Virus record (IMG/VR): IMGVR_UViG_3300035670_000210
Location: 1 to 62,329 of that record
DNA: 62,329 nt
Reading direction: 5' to 3' (one strand)
From: a virus
Taxonomy: Duplodnaviria > Caudoviricetes
Shown: positions 17,660 to 28,300 of the stretch, piece by piece
Layout: every line of letters begins with the position of its first letter
Position numbering within the stretch: the first letter of the stretch is position 1
The notes under the pieces: model-generated
What the model saw: only the letters and a program-made list of their open reading frames with translations
Database searches by the model: none
Told to the model about the DNA's origin: nothing
Position numbers and translations under genes: made by a program

Positions 17660-17958
17660 CGGAGACCAAAGAGAAGAGCCCGTTTGCAACCATCGAGAGC
17701 CTTGCACAGTACTTCTGTGTCTCGGTCTCCACTATCCGTGCGTGGGTACGGCAGGGGCACATCCCCGAGAACACGTACATCAAGGTCGGATACACCTACC
17801 GCTTCAACCGCGAGGCCGTGCAGCAAGCGCTAATGGCTATGCAGAAGGAAGAAGAGCCTCGTGACGCTGGGGTAGGTGTCGTAGGGGCCGCTGCGGTAGC
17901 AACCGTGGCGGATGAAAATCAACTCGAATTTAACTTCGATACCGACGAAGACGCGTAA
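17656..17958 (+). CDS. MerR/excisionase-like HTH protein
   Basis: IESLAQYFCVSVSTIRAWVRQGHIP..YRFN. Confidence 0.85.
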   Translation: MTETKEKSPFATIESLAQYFCVSVSTIRAWVRQGHIPENTYIKVGYTYRFNREAVQQALMAMQKEEEPRDAGVGVVGAAAVATVADENQLEFNFDTDEDA

Positions 17959-17967
17959 GGAGAGAGC

Positions 17968-18201
17968 ATGACAAAGGGCGAATACCGCGTAGGTATCAAC
18001 TTTAACCCGTCGAACAATGACATGGTTGGGCAGATCAAGCGCAAGGCAGCTGACCTGATTGACCTGATCGAGACGGTTACCACCGACGGCGAGACGGACC
18101 AGTACGTAGAGGTCTCGCGCCTCAAGGCGCTGGCGCAGACCGCGATCGAAGAAGCCGCGATGTGGGCTGTCAAAGCCGCAACCAAACCACCCGTAGCGTA
18201 A
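17968..18201 (+). CDS. Acb2/Tad1-like helical-hairpin protein (candidate nucleotide-signal sponge)
   Basis: C-terminal RLKALAQTAIEEAAMWAVKAAT resembles the R..(S/A)LA.T.LEEA.MW pattern of sponge hairpins; by recall. Confidence 0.55.
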   Translation: MTKGEYRVGINFNPSNNDMVGQIKRKAADLIDLIETVTTDGETDQYVEVSRLKALAQTAIEEAAMWAVKAATKPPVA

Positions 18202-18212
18202 GGAGAACGCAC

Positions 18213-19127
18213 ATGAGTGATCTAGAACTCTTTAAGGGCAATAGCCTTGTCAATAGTGACCTGTTTAAGTCGCTGCTGCAGACCAACGACAACCTCGCTG
18301 GTGGTGGTGGGTCTATGCGCCGCATCAGCTTCAAGGGTTCGCGCTTTCGTGAGCTCGTGGGTGGTGAACAAGTTAACGTAAACAGCAGCGGCTCGCTGAA
18401 TGTTGTCGTGCTTGATGCTGCCAAGGTATCCCGCACCTACTATGCGGGTACCTACGATTCGGAAAACCCGGCACCGCCCATGTGCTGGTCACTGGATACT
18501 CAAGCCCCTGCACCGGAAGTTCCCAACGATCAGCGCCAAGCCTCTCGCTGTGCTGACTGCCCGATGAACGTGCGTGGCTCTGGCCAAGGCGATACTCGTG
18601 CCTGCCGTTTCTCGCAGCGCATCGCGGTTGCCTTGGAGAACAGCTACGACAAAGTGTATCAAGTCCAGCTGTCGGCCACCTCGGTGTTTGGTGAAGCCAA
18701 AAACGGTAACATGCCCATGCAGGCGTACGCCCGCTACCTGAAGGCTCACAACGCACCGATCCAAGCTGTCGTCACCACGCTGCACTTTGACGAGGACAGC
18801 GATGTGCCGAAGCTCTTCTTTAAGGCGGCGCGTCCGCTGGTTGAGAGCGAGTTGAAGGAAGTTCTCGCACTACGTGAGCACGAGGATGTCACCCGCGCAC
18901 TGACCATGACAGTGTCGCAGGCGGACGGCGTAAAGGCAGAGAAGAAAGCCGAACCGAAGAAGGCTGAGCCCAAGAAGGCTGAGCCGAAGAAGTCGAACAA
19001 CGTCCTTGCAGATGAGGACGAAGGTGATGCCGTAGAAGAGCCGAAGAAGGTCTCAAAGAAAGAGGAAGTTAAAGCCTCGGATGATGACCTTGGTGATCTT
19101 GTCGACGCGTGGGACGACGACCAGTAA
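18213..19127 (+). CDS. Putative ssDNA-binding/annealing protein
   Basis: Replication-module position, CADCP..C zinc site, KKAEP linker, acidic C-terminal tail LVDAWDDDQ. Confidence 0.65.
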   Translation: MSDLELFKGNSLVNSDLFKSLLQTNDNLAGGGGSMRRISFKGSRFRELVGGEQVNVNSSGSLNVVVLDAAKVSRTYYAGTYDSENPAPPMCWSLDTQAPAPEVPNDQRQASRCADCPMNVRGSGQGDTRACRFSQRIAVALENSYDKVYQVQLSATSVFGEAKNGNMPMQAYARYLKAHNAPIQAVVTTLHFDEDSDVPKLFFKAARPLVESELKEVLALREHEDVTRALTMTVSQADGVKAEKKAEPKKAEPKKAEPKKSNNVLADEDEGDAVEEPKKVSKKEEVKASDDDLGDLVDAWDDDQ

Positions 19128-19135
19128 TCATCACT

Positions 19136-19172
19136 GGGCCGTGGCTACATAGTGGTCACGGCCCTCTCTTCT
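19136..19172 (+). terminator. Hairpin/terminator-like element
   Basis: 13-bp stem GGGCCGTGGCTAC-ata-GTGGTCACGGCCC (with G-U pairs) followed by a pyrimidine tract. Confidence 0.6.
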
Positions 19173-19185
19173 GTGGGCACGGGCG

Positions 19186-22008
19186 ATGGAAACAAAAAGA
19201 TTTTTGCAGAGCGTACTGGCCCATGAAGGCTGGTACTGTGTTCTAGCAATACATGCGGAAACAGGGCGGCGTAAGCAGAAGTTCTACAACTCGCTGGACC
19301 ACCTGATGGATGCTAACACGGCGTTCGATCAGGATGGATACAACGCGTATTACGCTGTTGGCACATTTCAGACTGACGAATCTCGCGAAGCCGACAATGT
19401 CGCGCGCAAGCGAGCGTTCTACCTCGACCTCGACTGCGAACCAGACAACCCGAAGAAGTTCCCTGACCAGCCAACCGCGCTGCAGGAGCTGCGTCGGTTC
19501 TGCAAGGTAATGCAGCTACCTAAGCCGATCACGGTGGACTCGGGACGGGGTGTGCACGTCTACTGGCCGCTAGACGAGGATGTCACGCTGGCTGAATGGA
19601 CGCCTGTAGCTGAACGTCTTAAGGCTAAGTGCAAGGAGCACGGCTTCAAAGCCGACCCCGCCGTGACGTCTGATGCAGCGCGCATCCTGCGCATGCCGGG
19701 CACCCATAACCACAAGGACAACCCACCTAAGCTCGTTAGGGTTTTAGGGGTGGACCCAGTGCGGCCCGTGGCCTTCGACAAGTTTGCGGAGCTGATGGGT
19801 GATGACCCAATACCAGTTCCCAAGAAGTTTACGCCTGTCAGCGGCAGCAACGCCGTGATGGATGCGCTTATGGGGAACCGTGAGCACTACTTCAAAGACA
19901 TCATGCTGAAGACGGCCAAGGGTAAAGGCTGCATGCAGCTAGCCTATATCTATCGAAATCAGGAGACTATGTCGGAGCCCCTGTGGCGGGCAGGGCTGTC
20001 GATCGCCAAGCACTGTGTCGACGCCGACAGTGCAGCGACTAAGATTTCTCAGCGGCACCCAGAGTTCACGCCAGACGATATGTTTGACAAGATGGACCGC
20101 ATTAAGGGCCCATACCTCTGCACGACGTTTGATGAATATAACGAGGGGGTGTGTAGCGGCTGTCCGCTGTGGGGTAAAATCAAGTCACCCATCGTTCTCG
20201 GCTCACGGACCCGTGAGGCTACCGCAGAAGACAACGTCGTCGAGGTCGCACCGAGCCCCAAAGCCGAACCCGCTGCGCAGCCGCAAGTCTATGTCATCCC
20301 GACATACCCAAAGCCCTACTTCCGCGGAGCCAACGGGGGCATCTATATAAGGACCGAGGATGCTGATGGGGATGTCATTGATAAGTGCATATACCACAAT
20401 GACTTATACGTTGTGCGCCGCGTGACAGACGGGGACGAGGATGCACTGGTGTTCCGACTGCACCTACCGCGGGATGGGGTGCGTGAGTTTACCGTACCGC
20501 AGGTCTCGATCACGTCTAAGGACGAGTTCCGGAAAGCTATTGGCTCGAAGGGCGTCACGGCATTTGGTAAAAATCTGGAGGAGCTTATGGCCTACACTAT
20601 CCGCTGGATTGAAGAGCTGCAGCACCAAGGCGCAGCCGACATTGCTCGCACACAGTTTGGCTGGTCTGACGACCAGTGTGGCTCGTTCATCCTTGGCGAC
20701 AGAGAAATCTTCGCCAATCACATAGACTTCAACCCTGCATCTATTAAGACCGCCGGACTGTTCGACGCTATGACCCCACGGGGCACACTGAGTGGGTGGA
20801 TAGAAAACGCTGAGTTCTTTAACAAACCGGGCATGGAGCTGTACCAATTCGCGCTATGCGCTAGTTTCGGCAGCGTGCTCATGCACTCTTCGCCGATGAG
20901 CGGCGCACTGCTTCACATGTTCAGCAAAGACTCTGGTCTTGGTAAGACGACCGCCATGATGATGGCGCTGACCATATGGGGTAGGCCGATGGGGCTACTG
21001 CTGAAAGAGCGGGACACGATGAATCACCGCATGAACCGTGCGGAAGTATACAAGAACATCCTGTTCGCCACCGACGAGATTACCAACATGCGCCCGCTGG
21101 CTGCGTCTGATATGACCTATGCCATCACCGAGGGTATGCAGCGTGGTCGTATGGAAGGCGGTGCCAACCAAGAGCGCGTCCGCGGTTTTGAGTGGAAGTT
21201 TCTAGCGCTGTCCACTGGCAACATGAGCCTCGTTGAGAAGATCACTTTGGCCAAAGCTGCGCCGAAAGCAGAGGCACAGCGGGTGCTGGAAGCGCGCGTG
21301 GACAAGTTCTTTGATGGTAGTGGCGACAAGGCCATGACCGACGAGTTCTCAAACAACGTGCCACTGCACTACGGACATGCCGGAGTTGTGTTCGTCCAGC
21401 ATTATATGCGCAACATGGCGTCGATCCGTGCATTGGAGGACAAGGTTCGCAAGGCCGTAGACGAGAAGTGTAACTTGGGTTCATCGAACCGCTTCTGGTC
21501 TGAATACGTTACGAAGGCTATGACGGCAGCGATCGTGGCCAGCAAAATCGGCCTTGTAAACTACGACACGAAACGCATGTTCAAGTTCGTGATTGACTTA
21601 GTGAAGTACAACCAAGGCGTCACTGAGGACATGACAACCTCTTCAAGCCAGATACTCGCAGACTTCTTTGCCGAGCATAACGGTAACATCCTAGTCATTA
21701 AGAGTAACGGCGTAGTTAACGGTATAGAGTCGCTGATTATTCCGGAGATGAACCCACGCACGAAGCTCGTGGCGCGGTACGAGTCAGATACGAAGAAGGC
21801 ATTTGTGCTACTCAAGCCGTTCAAGCGGTGGTGTCTGGAGCAGCAGATTGACTACTCATCCTGTGTTGCGGACCTCGTGAAGAACAAGGGTGCCACCAAG
21901 CGCAAGATGCGCATCAGCAAAGGTACTAATCTGCGGCTACCGCCGGTTGACGTTATCGAAGTAGATTTTGAGCTGGATGTGGGTGAGGGCGATGAAGCCG
22001 ATACCTAA
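19186..22008 (+). CDS. AEP/RepB-type primase fused to DUF927-type helicase
   Basis: YLDLD, SGRGVHVYW, RILRMPGT; Cys cluster; Walker A SGLGKTT, Walker B ATDE. Confidence 0.88.
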   Translation: METKRFLQSVLAHEGWYCVLAIHAETGRRKQKFYNSLDHLMDANTAFDQDGYNAYYAVGTFQTDESREADNVARKRAFYLDLDCEPDNPKKFPDQPTALQELRRFCKVMQLPKPITVDSGRGVHVYWPLDEDVTLAEWTPVAERLKAKCKEHGFKADPAVTSDAARILRMPGTHNHKDNPPKLVRVLGVDPVRPVAFDKFAELMGDDPIPVPKKFTPVSGSNAVMDALMGNREHYFKDIMLKTAKGKGCMQLAYIYRNQETMSEPLWRAGLSIAKHCVDADSAATKISQRHPEFTPDDMFDKMDRIKGPYLCTTFDEYNEGVCSGCPLWGKIKSPIVLGSRTREATAEDNVVEVAPSPKAEPAAQPQVYVIPTYPKPYFRGANGGIYIRTEDADGDVIDKCIYHNDLYVVRRVTDGDEDALVFRLHLPRDGVREFTVPQVSITSKDEFRKAIGSKGVTAFGKNLEELMAYTIRWIEELQHQGAADIARTQFGWSDDQCGSFILGDREIFANHIDFNPASIKTAGLFDAMTPRGTLSGWIENAEFFNKPGMELYQFALCASFGSVLMHSSPMSGALLHMFSKDSGLGKTTAMMMALTIWGRPMGLLLKERDTMNHRMNRAEVYKNILFATDEITNMRPLAASDMTYAITEGMQRGRMEGGANQERVRGFEWKFLALSTGNMSLVEKITLAKAAPKAEAQRVLEARVDKFFDGSGDKAMTDEFSNNVPLHYGHAGVVFVQHYMRNMASIRALEDKVRKAVDEKCNLGSSNRFWSEYVTKAMTAAIVASKIGLVNYDTKRMFKFVIDLVKYNQGVTEDMTTSSSQILADFFAEHNGNILVIKSNGVVNGIESLIIPEMNPRTKLVARYESDTKKAFVLLKPFKRWCLEQQIDYSSCVADLVKNKGATKRKMRISKGTNLRLPPVDVIEVDFELDVGEGDEADT

Positions 22009-22216
22009 GCTGGATGATTTGCACCCGGATGGGGTGCGCGTGGTAGTAAACTGGGATGCCATGAGCGTCGGGATGTCAGTATTTATACCCTGCATAAACA
22101 CCGAGATGGCGGAGAAGCAACTGGCTAAGATATCTGAGCGTAGGAAGATATCACTGCAGGTTCAGGAGCGGATAGAGGATGGACGATTTGGGCTACGCGT
22201 CTGGCGTACACTATGA
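21992..22216 (+). CDS. Hypothetical protein (last gene of the + arm)
   Basis: GMSVFIPC..GLRVWR motif; GAGGG RBS. Confidence 0.7.
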   Translation: MKPIPKLDDLHPDGVRVVVNWDAMSVGMSVFIPCINTEMAEKQLAKISERRKISLQVQERIEDGRFGLRVWRTL

Positions 22217-22223
22217 TACAGTG

Positions 22224-22302
22224 CGCGCACTCATGGGAATACCGAAGGGTTTTTCATGTTCTCCTCCCTGTTACTATACCCCGCCTCACGGCGGGGTTTT
22301 TT
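22224..22302 (+). ncRNA. Candidate anti-SD small RNA
   Basis: Possible TTGGGC-18-TATGAT promoter, 5' hairpin, exposed UUCUCCUCCC, intrinsic terminator. Confidence 0.45.
22278..22302 (+). terminator. Rho-independent terminator at the arm convergence
   Basis: ACCCCGCC-tcac-GGCGGGGT followed by a T run. Confidence 0.9.
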
Positions 22303-22303
22303 C

Positions 22304-25300
22304 TTAGTCGAACAGTTGGAAGCCTTGGTTCCATTCCTCGCGGCTCTCCCTTTGCGCGCGCTCCATGTTCGGGCTGATAGTGATGCCGTTGTACATGCTC
22401 CGTGTGGTTTCCAAGTGCTGCCGCATCGAGCGACGGAGGGAATCGGCGTCGATACGGGCCGTGGGGTGCCGCTTATTGAACTCCCGAATACGCTCCAGCA
22501 TGCTACGCCGCTCGTCGCTGTCCCCCATACGAGTAGCCACGTAATAACGACGTAGCAGGTTAGTGCGTGTGGTGTTTACCGCGCGGTCGACGTTCTTAGT
22601 CTGCTGATTCATCTCTTGGGTGCGGGTGTATTCTGCAGGTGCAAAGCCGACAAACTTTGCGGCCAGCTGTCCAAAGGACAGGTCGTCCATGATTGGGTCA
22701 CCGCGCCGAGTGACAATACCATCGTCGTTCGGGAACCGGAACGCAGCCTGATAGGCGTTGCGAACACCAGCAGGCAGCATAGCTTCTACACCACGTTCAA
22801 CTTCACCGTTCATTATATCTTTGAATCCGCGATTGTAGGAGGAGATAACACTCCATGCCGGACCGCCCAGATAGTGAAACACGTCCTCCTCAAGCGACGC
22901 ATCGTGGTTGAAGCGGTTGGCTTGGAAGATGAGCCCCGACAAGCCGATACGGCTGGACATGTCCACCCCGAGCAGTGCAGTGAGTGGGCCCTTGTAGAAA
23001 CCCTCACCGATCGCCTTGCGTACAACGGTTTCGACGTCGTCCTCTTCGTCATCGAAGAAGAAAAAGTCGATCAGCTGCATAAGCTCCCGTGCCAGCGGCA
23101 TACCAACAACACCCGCCAGCACAAACGACGTACCCATGACTCCAGCAAACTGCCGCATAGCTTCGTTGCGGGCAACTTTATCTCCAGCGTGGTGTGCATC
23201 CAGTGCGTCACGTATGGTTTTGAACATGGAGTAGTACATCTGGATGCCATAGGTCTTATACATGAGCGCCACGCGCCCAATACCCTGTTGGCTAAACCGC
23301 GGGGCGGTCTCCAGCACCGAGCCACCGTTGGTCATCTGCGTGTTGTAGAGCGCGCGTTCGGCAGCTTTTGTCCGCATTTCTGCAGCGGACAAGGTAGGCT
23401 CATCCTTCTTGAGGCGTGCAAGCTCAAGCTGGTACGCCGAGATAGCTGTGACTTGCCGGTTAAAGACTTCGACGTTGTGGAACATGAACGCCGATGCCGC
23501 CGACACGGTATCAATTACACCGCGCTCACGCCCAGAGCTGTCAATGCCGAGATTGTCGGCGAACAGGGAGCGGTTCAGCTGCCCGCGTGCGGCCATCATC
23601 TCCACAAGTGGTTTGAGTTCCTCAAGCTGTGCCCGCAACTCGGGCTCAAGGTCCAAGTCCTTCCGCAGCACGTAGTCACCATTGCCGTCCAGCTCGAAGT
23701 AGTTATCGACGCTAGGCATTGCGCGGACCTTGATGTTCCGTTCGTCGCCATAGGGTGCAACCATGTCACTCTTGCGATTAAACCCACTGCTGGTGACCAG
23801 CTTGGAGGCGTTCATAATTGCACGCCCAGTAGCACCGTAGCCATGACGTCCGGCAAACATGGGGTATACAAACATGGGCAGCTGGGACAGGTTGACCAGC
23901 GCCGAGGATACGTTGAAGCCGATGGTGAAGACGAACGCCGCACGGTTGGCGTTCTGTGCGAGGGAGTCGCCCGGTGGATTACGTGCAAAGTCTGCCCGGG
24001 CTTCAAGCTCGTCGAGGATATACTTGTTCTCCTCCGTCAACCGAGGCCGATTGTCTTCAGCAATTTTATCCTGCAGATCACGCAGCTTCGCGCTGTACCG
24101 CAGCCGCTCCACCTGCCGACCAAGATCGAACGCCTTGGTCTTAAGCGCGAAGATTGCATCTTCTTGGTAACCCGCCGTGCCCTTGCGCCGTTGCAGTGAC
24201 TTGGCAAACGACGTCTCTGGTAGGGCCTCCACGAACAGGCGCATGATCTCAGCCTGCACATTGTCGGGCACCTTGTTAGCCCGCAAGACTTGAAGGGTCT
24301 GACCTACGAACGAGCTTGGCGGCGCTTTGGAATAGTTGGCGTTGTTGACGTTGACGAACTTTTCGAGGTTCTTGACCGTCTTGTCCGCTTTGAGGTCGTC
24401 CATTGCACGGTCGCGTTCGGCCATGGTCTCAAAGGCTTCGACGGTGAACTCTCCGTTGGCAACATACGACACCCAATAATTGCCAGAACGTGTTAGTGGG
24501 AAGTACGGCTCGATTGTACCAGTCGAAAACAGGCGCGCGTATACTTCGTTCTTCAGTTTTTTACGTGCCGCTTCGTCAGTAATTGTCTCGTCAATCTTGC
24601 CGTAGATGACATCCCGCATGCGCTCGTACTGCTTTTTGTACGTGTCGCGCATCTGCGTGTAGACCTTATCTCCACCAGTAGCGGACAGAGCCCGCCAGTC
24701 AGCGCGCATGGCCTTCCACGCCTTAACTTTTTCAGGATCACTTGCGTAGGCCGACACGGGTTTGGTTGGGTCGACCTGTTCAACGGTGCTCTTATAGACC
24801 ACACGGTTCAGTGCGTCGATCTGGTCTTGGTGGGCGCGTACCCAATTAGACACCGACTTTAGAACACCCTCAACTTCTTGGTCTGATTTGTTGATGGCAC
24901 CGCGCTGCTCTTCCATGAGCTTGTGCAGGTCCATTGCACCTGTGATTCCGTTGCGTTGCGCCACGTCAGCGACGGCCTGCGAGGGATAAAACCCAAGTAG
25001 AGCCCGCTTAGCCGCGTCAGGGGCAGTGCCTTTCAGGAACTCACGGGTTTGATCCGCGAAGCGCTGCGCAAACTTCTCAGTAATCGGTTTAGACTGTTTC
25101 TGCACATTGCTGAACGCTTTTGCGACCCGTTTACCTGCGGCGCGAGGTGACAGCATGAAGATTTCACCTGTACCGATGTTTCTCGGCGCGGGTGCAAGAA
25201 TATTGTCGATGATGCTGCTGGTCTCCTCCAACGCCGACTCGATCGGCTTAACGGGTTTGCCAATCAAGGTACGTAGGAAGTTTGACACCGCGGCTTTGAT

Positions 25301-28300
25301 CTTAGCGAACGGCGTGAGGGGCTCACCGTTGACCCGCAGCCCAGACAGCATACGCTGGAACTTGGGGTTGGAGAAGGATTCAGCCACAAACTCCGCAAGA
25401 CTCTCGTAGCCATACGCAGTCGGCATGTGCTCGCGAGTTTCGTCAAAGATTTTCTGCAGCTTACGGGTCAGCGGATGGCCCTTGTTGGCGAGCGTCGCAA
25501 CAGTCGCTGCGTGGGTCATCTCGTGCAGGAGCACGTGGGTATTGAGGCCCGCACCATCCAGAATCTGGATTGTGTTAGTTCCCGAGTCAAACCTGCCGAA
25601 GGCACCGCGATCTAGGGACTTAACAACTTCAACCTTGGTATCACCGACGACCCTAGCCAGCTTCTCTGCAACAGCCACAACTTCAGGGTCGTTGCTCGTC
25701 GCTGCCAGCACACGGAGCGCTGCACCGAGGTCACCATTACGCAGGAGACCAGACACCACGCTAGACAGCGGTAGGCGCGACGGGGGCACCGACAGGTTAA
25801 ACAAGCTGCCACTGGCCATGAGGCCACGCACCATCGGATCAGACTCGTCAATGCCGAGTTTCTCCAGCACATCCGCGAGGCGTTTATTGTCGGCATCGCT
25901 CGTCGGGTCAAACCCACCCTCAAACGCTTTTTCAAGCTCACGACGCTTAGCTACAAGGTCGGTGGACTCGAAGGCTTCGACCGCCTGCATGGCGTTCTTC
26001 GATTCAACAGTTTTGCCTGCAATCCACCGCTTAGTGGCTTCAGACATGTTTTTGCTCGCCCAGTCGAGGACGACCTGCGCTGCGTTCTTACCACGTGCAG
26101 GGATTTTACCGTCCTTGGTCGCACCAAAGAACTCGGATTCCCCGTCAGTCATGTCCTCTGTACGCCGGAAGTTCGGAGTCTGCGCGACTACGTCGTCGAT
26201 GGCGTCCTGCAACCCGAGCGCCGGATCAGGGTATGCACCGAGGTACTTCTTGAGCGCACCGACCGAGGCTTTGTTTTCCTTGGTCGATTTCTTGTTAAGT
26301 TCTTGCAGGATGGATGTCTTGTCGCCAACCGTCAGCGGGCTCGTGATCGACAGTCCGAGCTCTTTGACAAACCGCTTAGCCGGTGCAGAGACGTTAGCCT
26401 CGTACCAATCAGCCAACTGCTTGGTGACTTGGTCGCCGCTGACCTTGGGGGCAGACGTCGCCGAAATCTTTTCACGGGGGGCAAGCGCACGAGACGTCGG
26501 GCCCACACGCTCTTCGCGTATCGGCTGTAGGGTCTGGCGATCAATGACCGGGCGCTGTCCAAGAGTCGGCATTACTGCGCGGCGCGTGACGCCTTCTTCG
26601 CCTTCTTCTAGTGCTGGACGCTGTGTTCCTGTTGACTCTTCAGCACGAATAGCGCGCGCGACACGTTCTCCCAGTCCTCTGGGCTTAGGTGTTGCAGGTG
26701 CTCCGGCACCGCCACCTCTACCTCTGCCCCCTGCGCCGACCTCCACGCCGCGTCCACCACCACGAACGCTTGCTCCAGCTCCTTGCTGGTCAGGTGCTGC
26801 AGTGCCATCTGTAACCCCCCGTGTGGTCTCTGAGAAAAGCTCAAGTTGTTGAGGTGTGCCCTGCTGCGTAGCAAGTGCTGGCTGAGATGTGGAGCGTGCA
26901 GGTGCTTGTTGCGAAGCTGGCTGTGCAACTGCTCGGCGCGCTCCACGAGGTGCAAAGAGGTCAGGTTGTTCTTCGGGAACCCCCTCAAGGCGGCGGCTGA
27001 TGCCCAGCTCTGCAGTTTGAGAAGTGCGTGGCTGATTTGCAAAAGAAGTAAGGATTTCACGCGTTGTGGGGTCATTCAGGTCCTTCCCGCGGAGGCGGTT
27101 CCGAATACCGGACTTAGGCGGAATACCCATCTCGTCGAGCATCTCATCGGTAACAACTTCCGGTGCCGCAGTGGGTTCGGCTTCCTGTGTAGGGGCCTGC
27201 TGAACTCTACGACGTACTCCGGGCAAACCAAGCTGCTCAGGCTCACGCGGGGCCCGCTCCGGAATACGCGACTCCATCTCTTGCAGTTGTGTAGCTTCCG
27301 GCGGCAACTCAATCGGCTCCGCCACAGTGGACACTGCATCGGGACGCTCCGCGCGCTGCACGTTTACTGCACGTTGGATGGTCTGAAGTTCGGCTTCCGT
27401 GGCCTTAGCTTTATCGTTCTTATACCCTGCACGTGCCAGTGCATCCTCGTACAAACGAGACACGCGGTTGTAGTTACGGCTGGGGGTCTTCTCGATAACG
27501 TCTTGCAGGATACGACGCCGACCCTGTTCGGTGGCTTGCTGACGCTGCGTTTCCTGCTGCCCGGCGATAGTTTCAAGGTCGGACTCGGCACGCAGTGCCG
27601 CCCGCTGCCCCTGCTGCGCACCTTCTGCGGCTTCAATAGCGGCGAGCTGGTCGACGATGTCGGCGTCTTCTTGTGCAGCCCGCTGGCGCTGGTCAGCCAT
27701 CTCGACGAGATCACCCATAGCAGCGGGCTGCTCGGGGGTGACGGTCTCCGCGGCTTCCTCGACGTCCATAAACTGATCGGGCCGACGCAGTTCCTCGGGT
27801 CCCAGCCGACGGCGCTCTTGTTCTTGCTGAAGCGCAAACAAGTCGGGCTGTTCAAACGCAGCTACGTCGCCACGCTCTGCGGCCCGCAGGCCCTCACGCT
27901 CACGGGCTGCTGCCTGCGCTTCCTGCTCGTTACGGGCGATATCTGCACTGACAGCGCTCTGCCCTGCACGGGCTGCCTGCACTGCTGAGGCGAGACGTGC
28001 CGGAGTCTCTATTTGAAGGGGCGCAGCCGCCTCTTCTTCCATCTCGCCGCGTGCGCGTTCAGCCAAGGCTGAACCACGCCGACCCATCTCCTCAGCGACT
28101 ACACTCTCAAGCTCAGGCAGCGGGACTTGCGTTTGGTCAACAAGCCGCTGCATCTCCTCAAGAGATACGCCGCCTCGCTCGTCGATAGCTTGTCCGATCG
28201 CTGCACGTGCCTGCCCTGCACGCTGGTCAGTAATAAGCCCCGCGATACCCTCCGGTGCGGGCAGTGCAAGCGGTTCTGGTTCCGCTTCGGGTGCCGGGGC

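Noticed and set aside
17656-17958. Excisionase as evidence of an integrating prophage
   Set aside because: No integrase, att site or host flanks are seen, and this HTH class is common in lytic replication modules.
18936-18992. KKAEP x3 repeat in the SSB-like gene
   Set aside because: An ordinary low-complexity linker with synonymous divergence between units.
22616-27988. Long + strand ORFs (527, 475 and 380 aa)
   Set aside because: These are antisense shadows of the 2304-aa gene, with no RBS or protein-like motifs.
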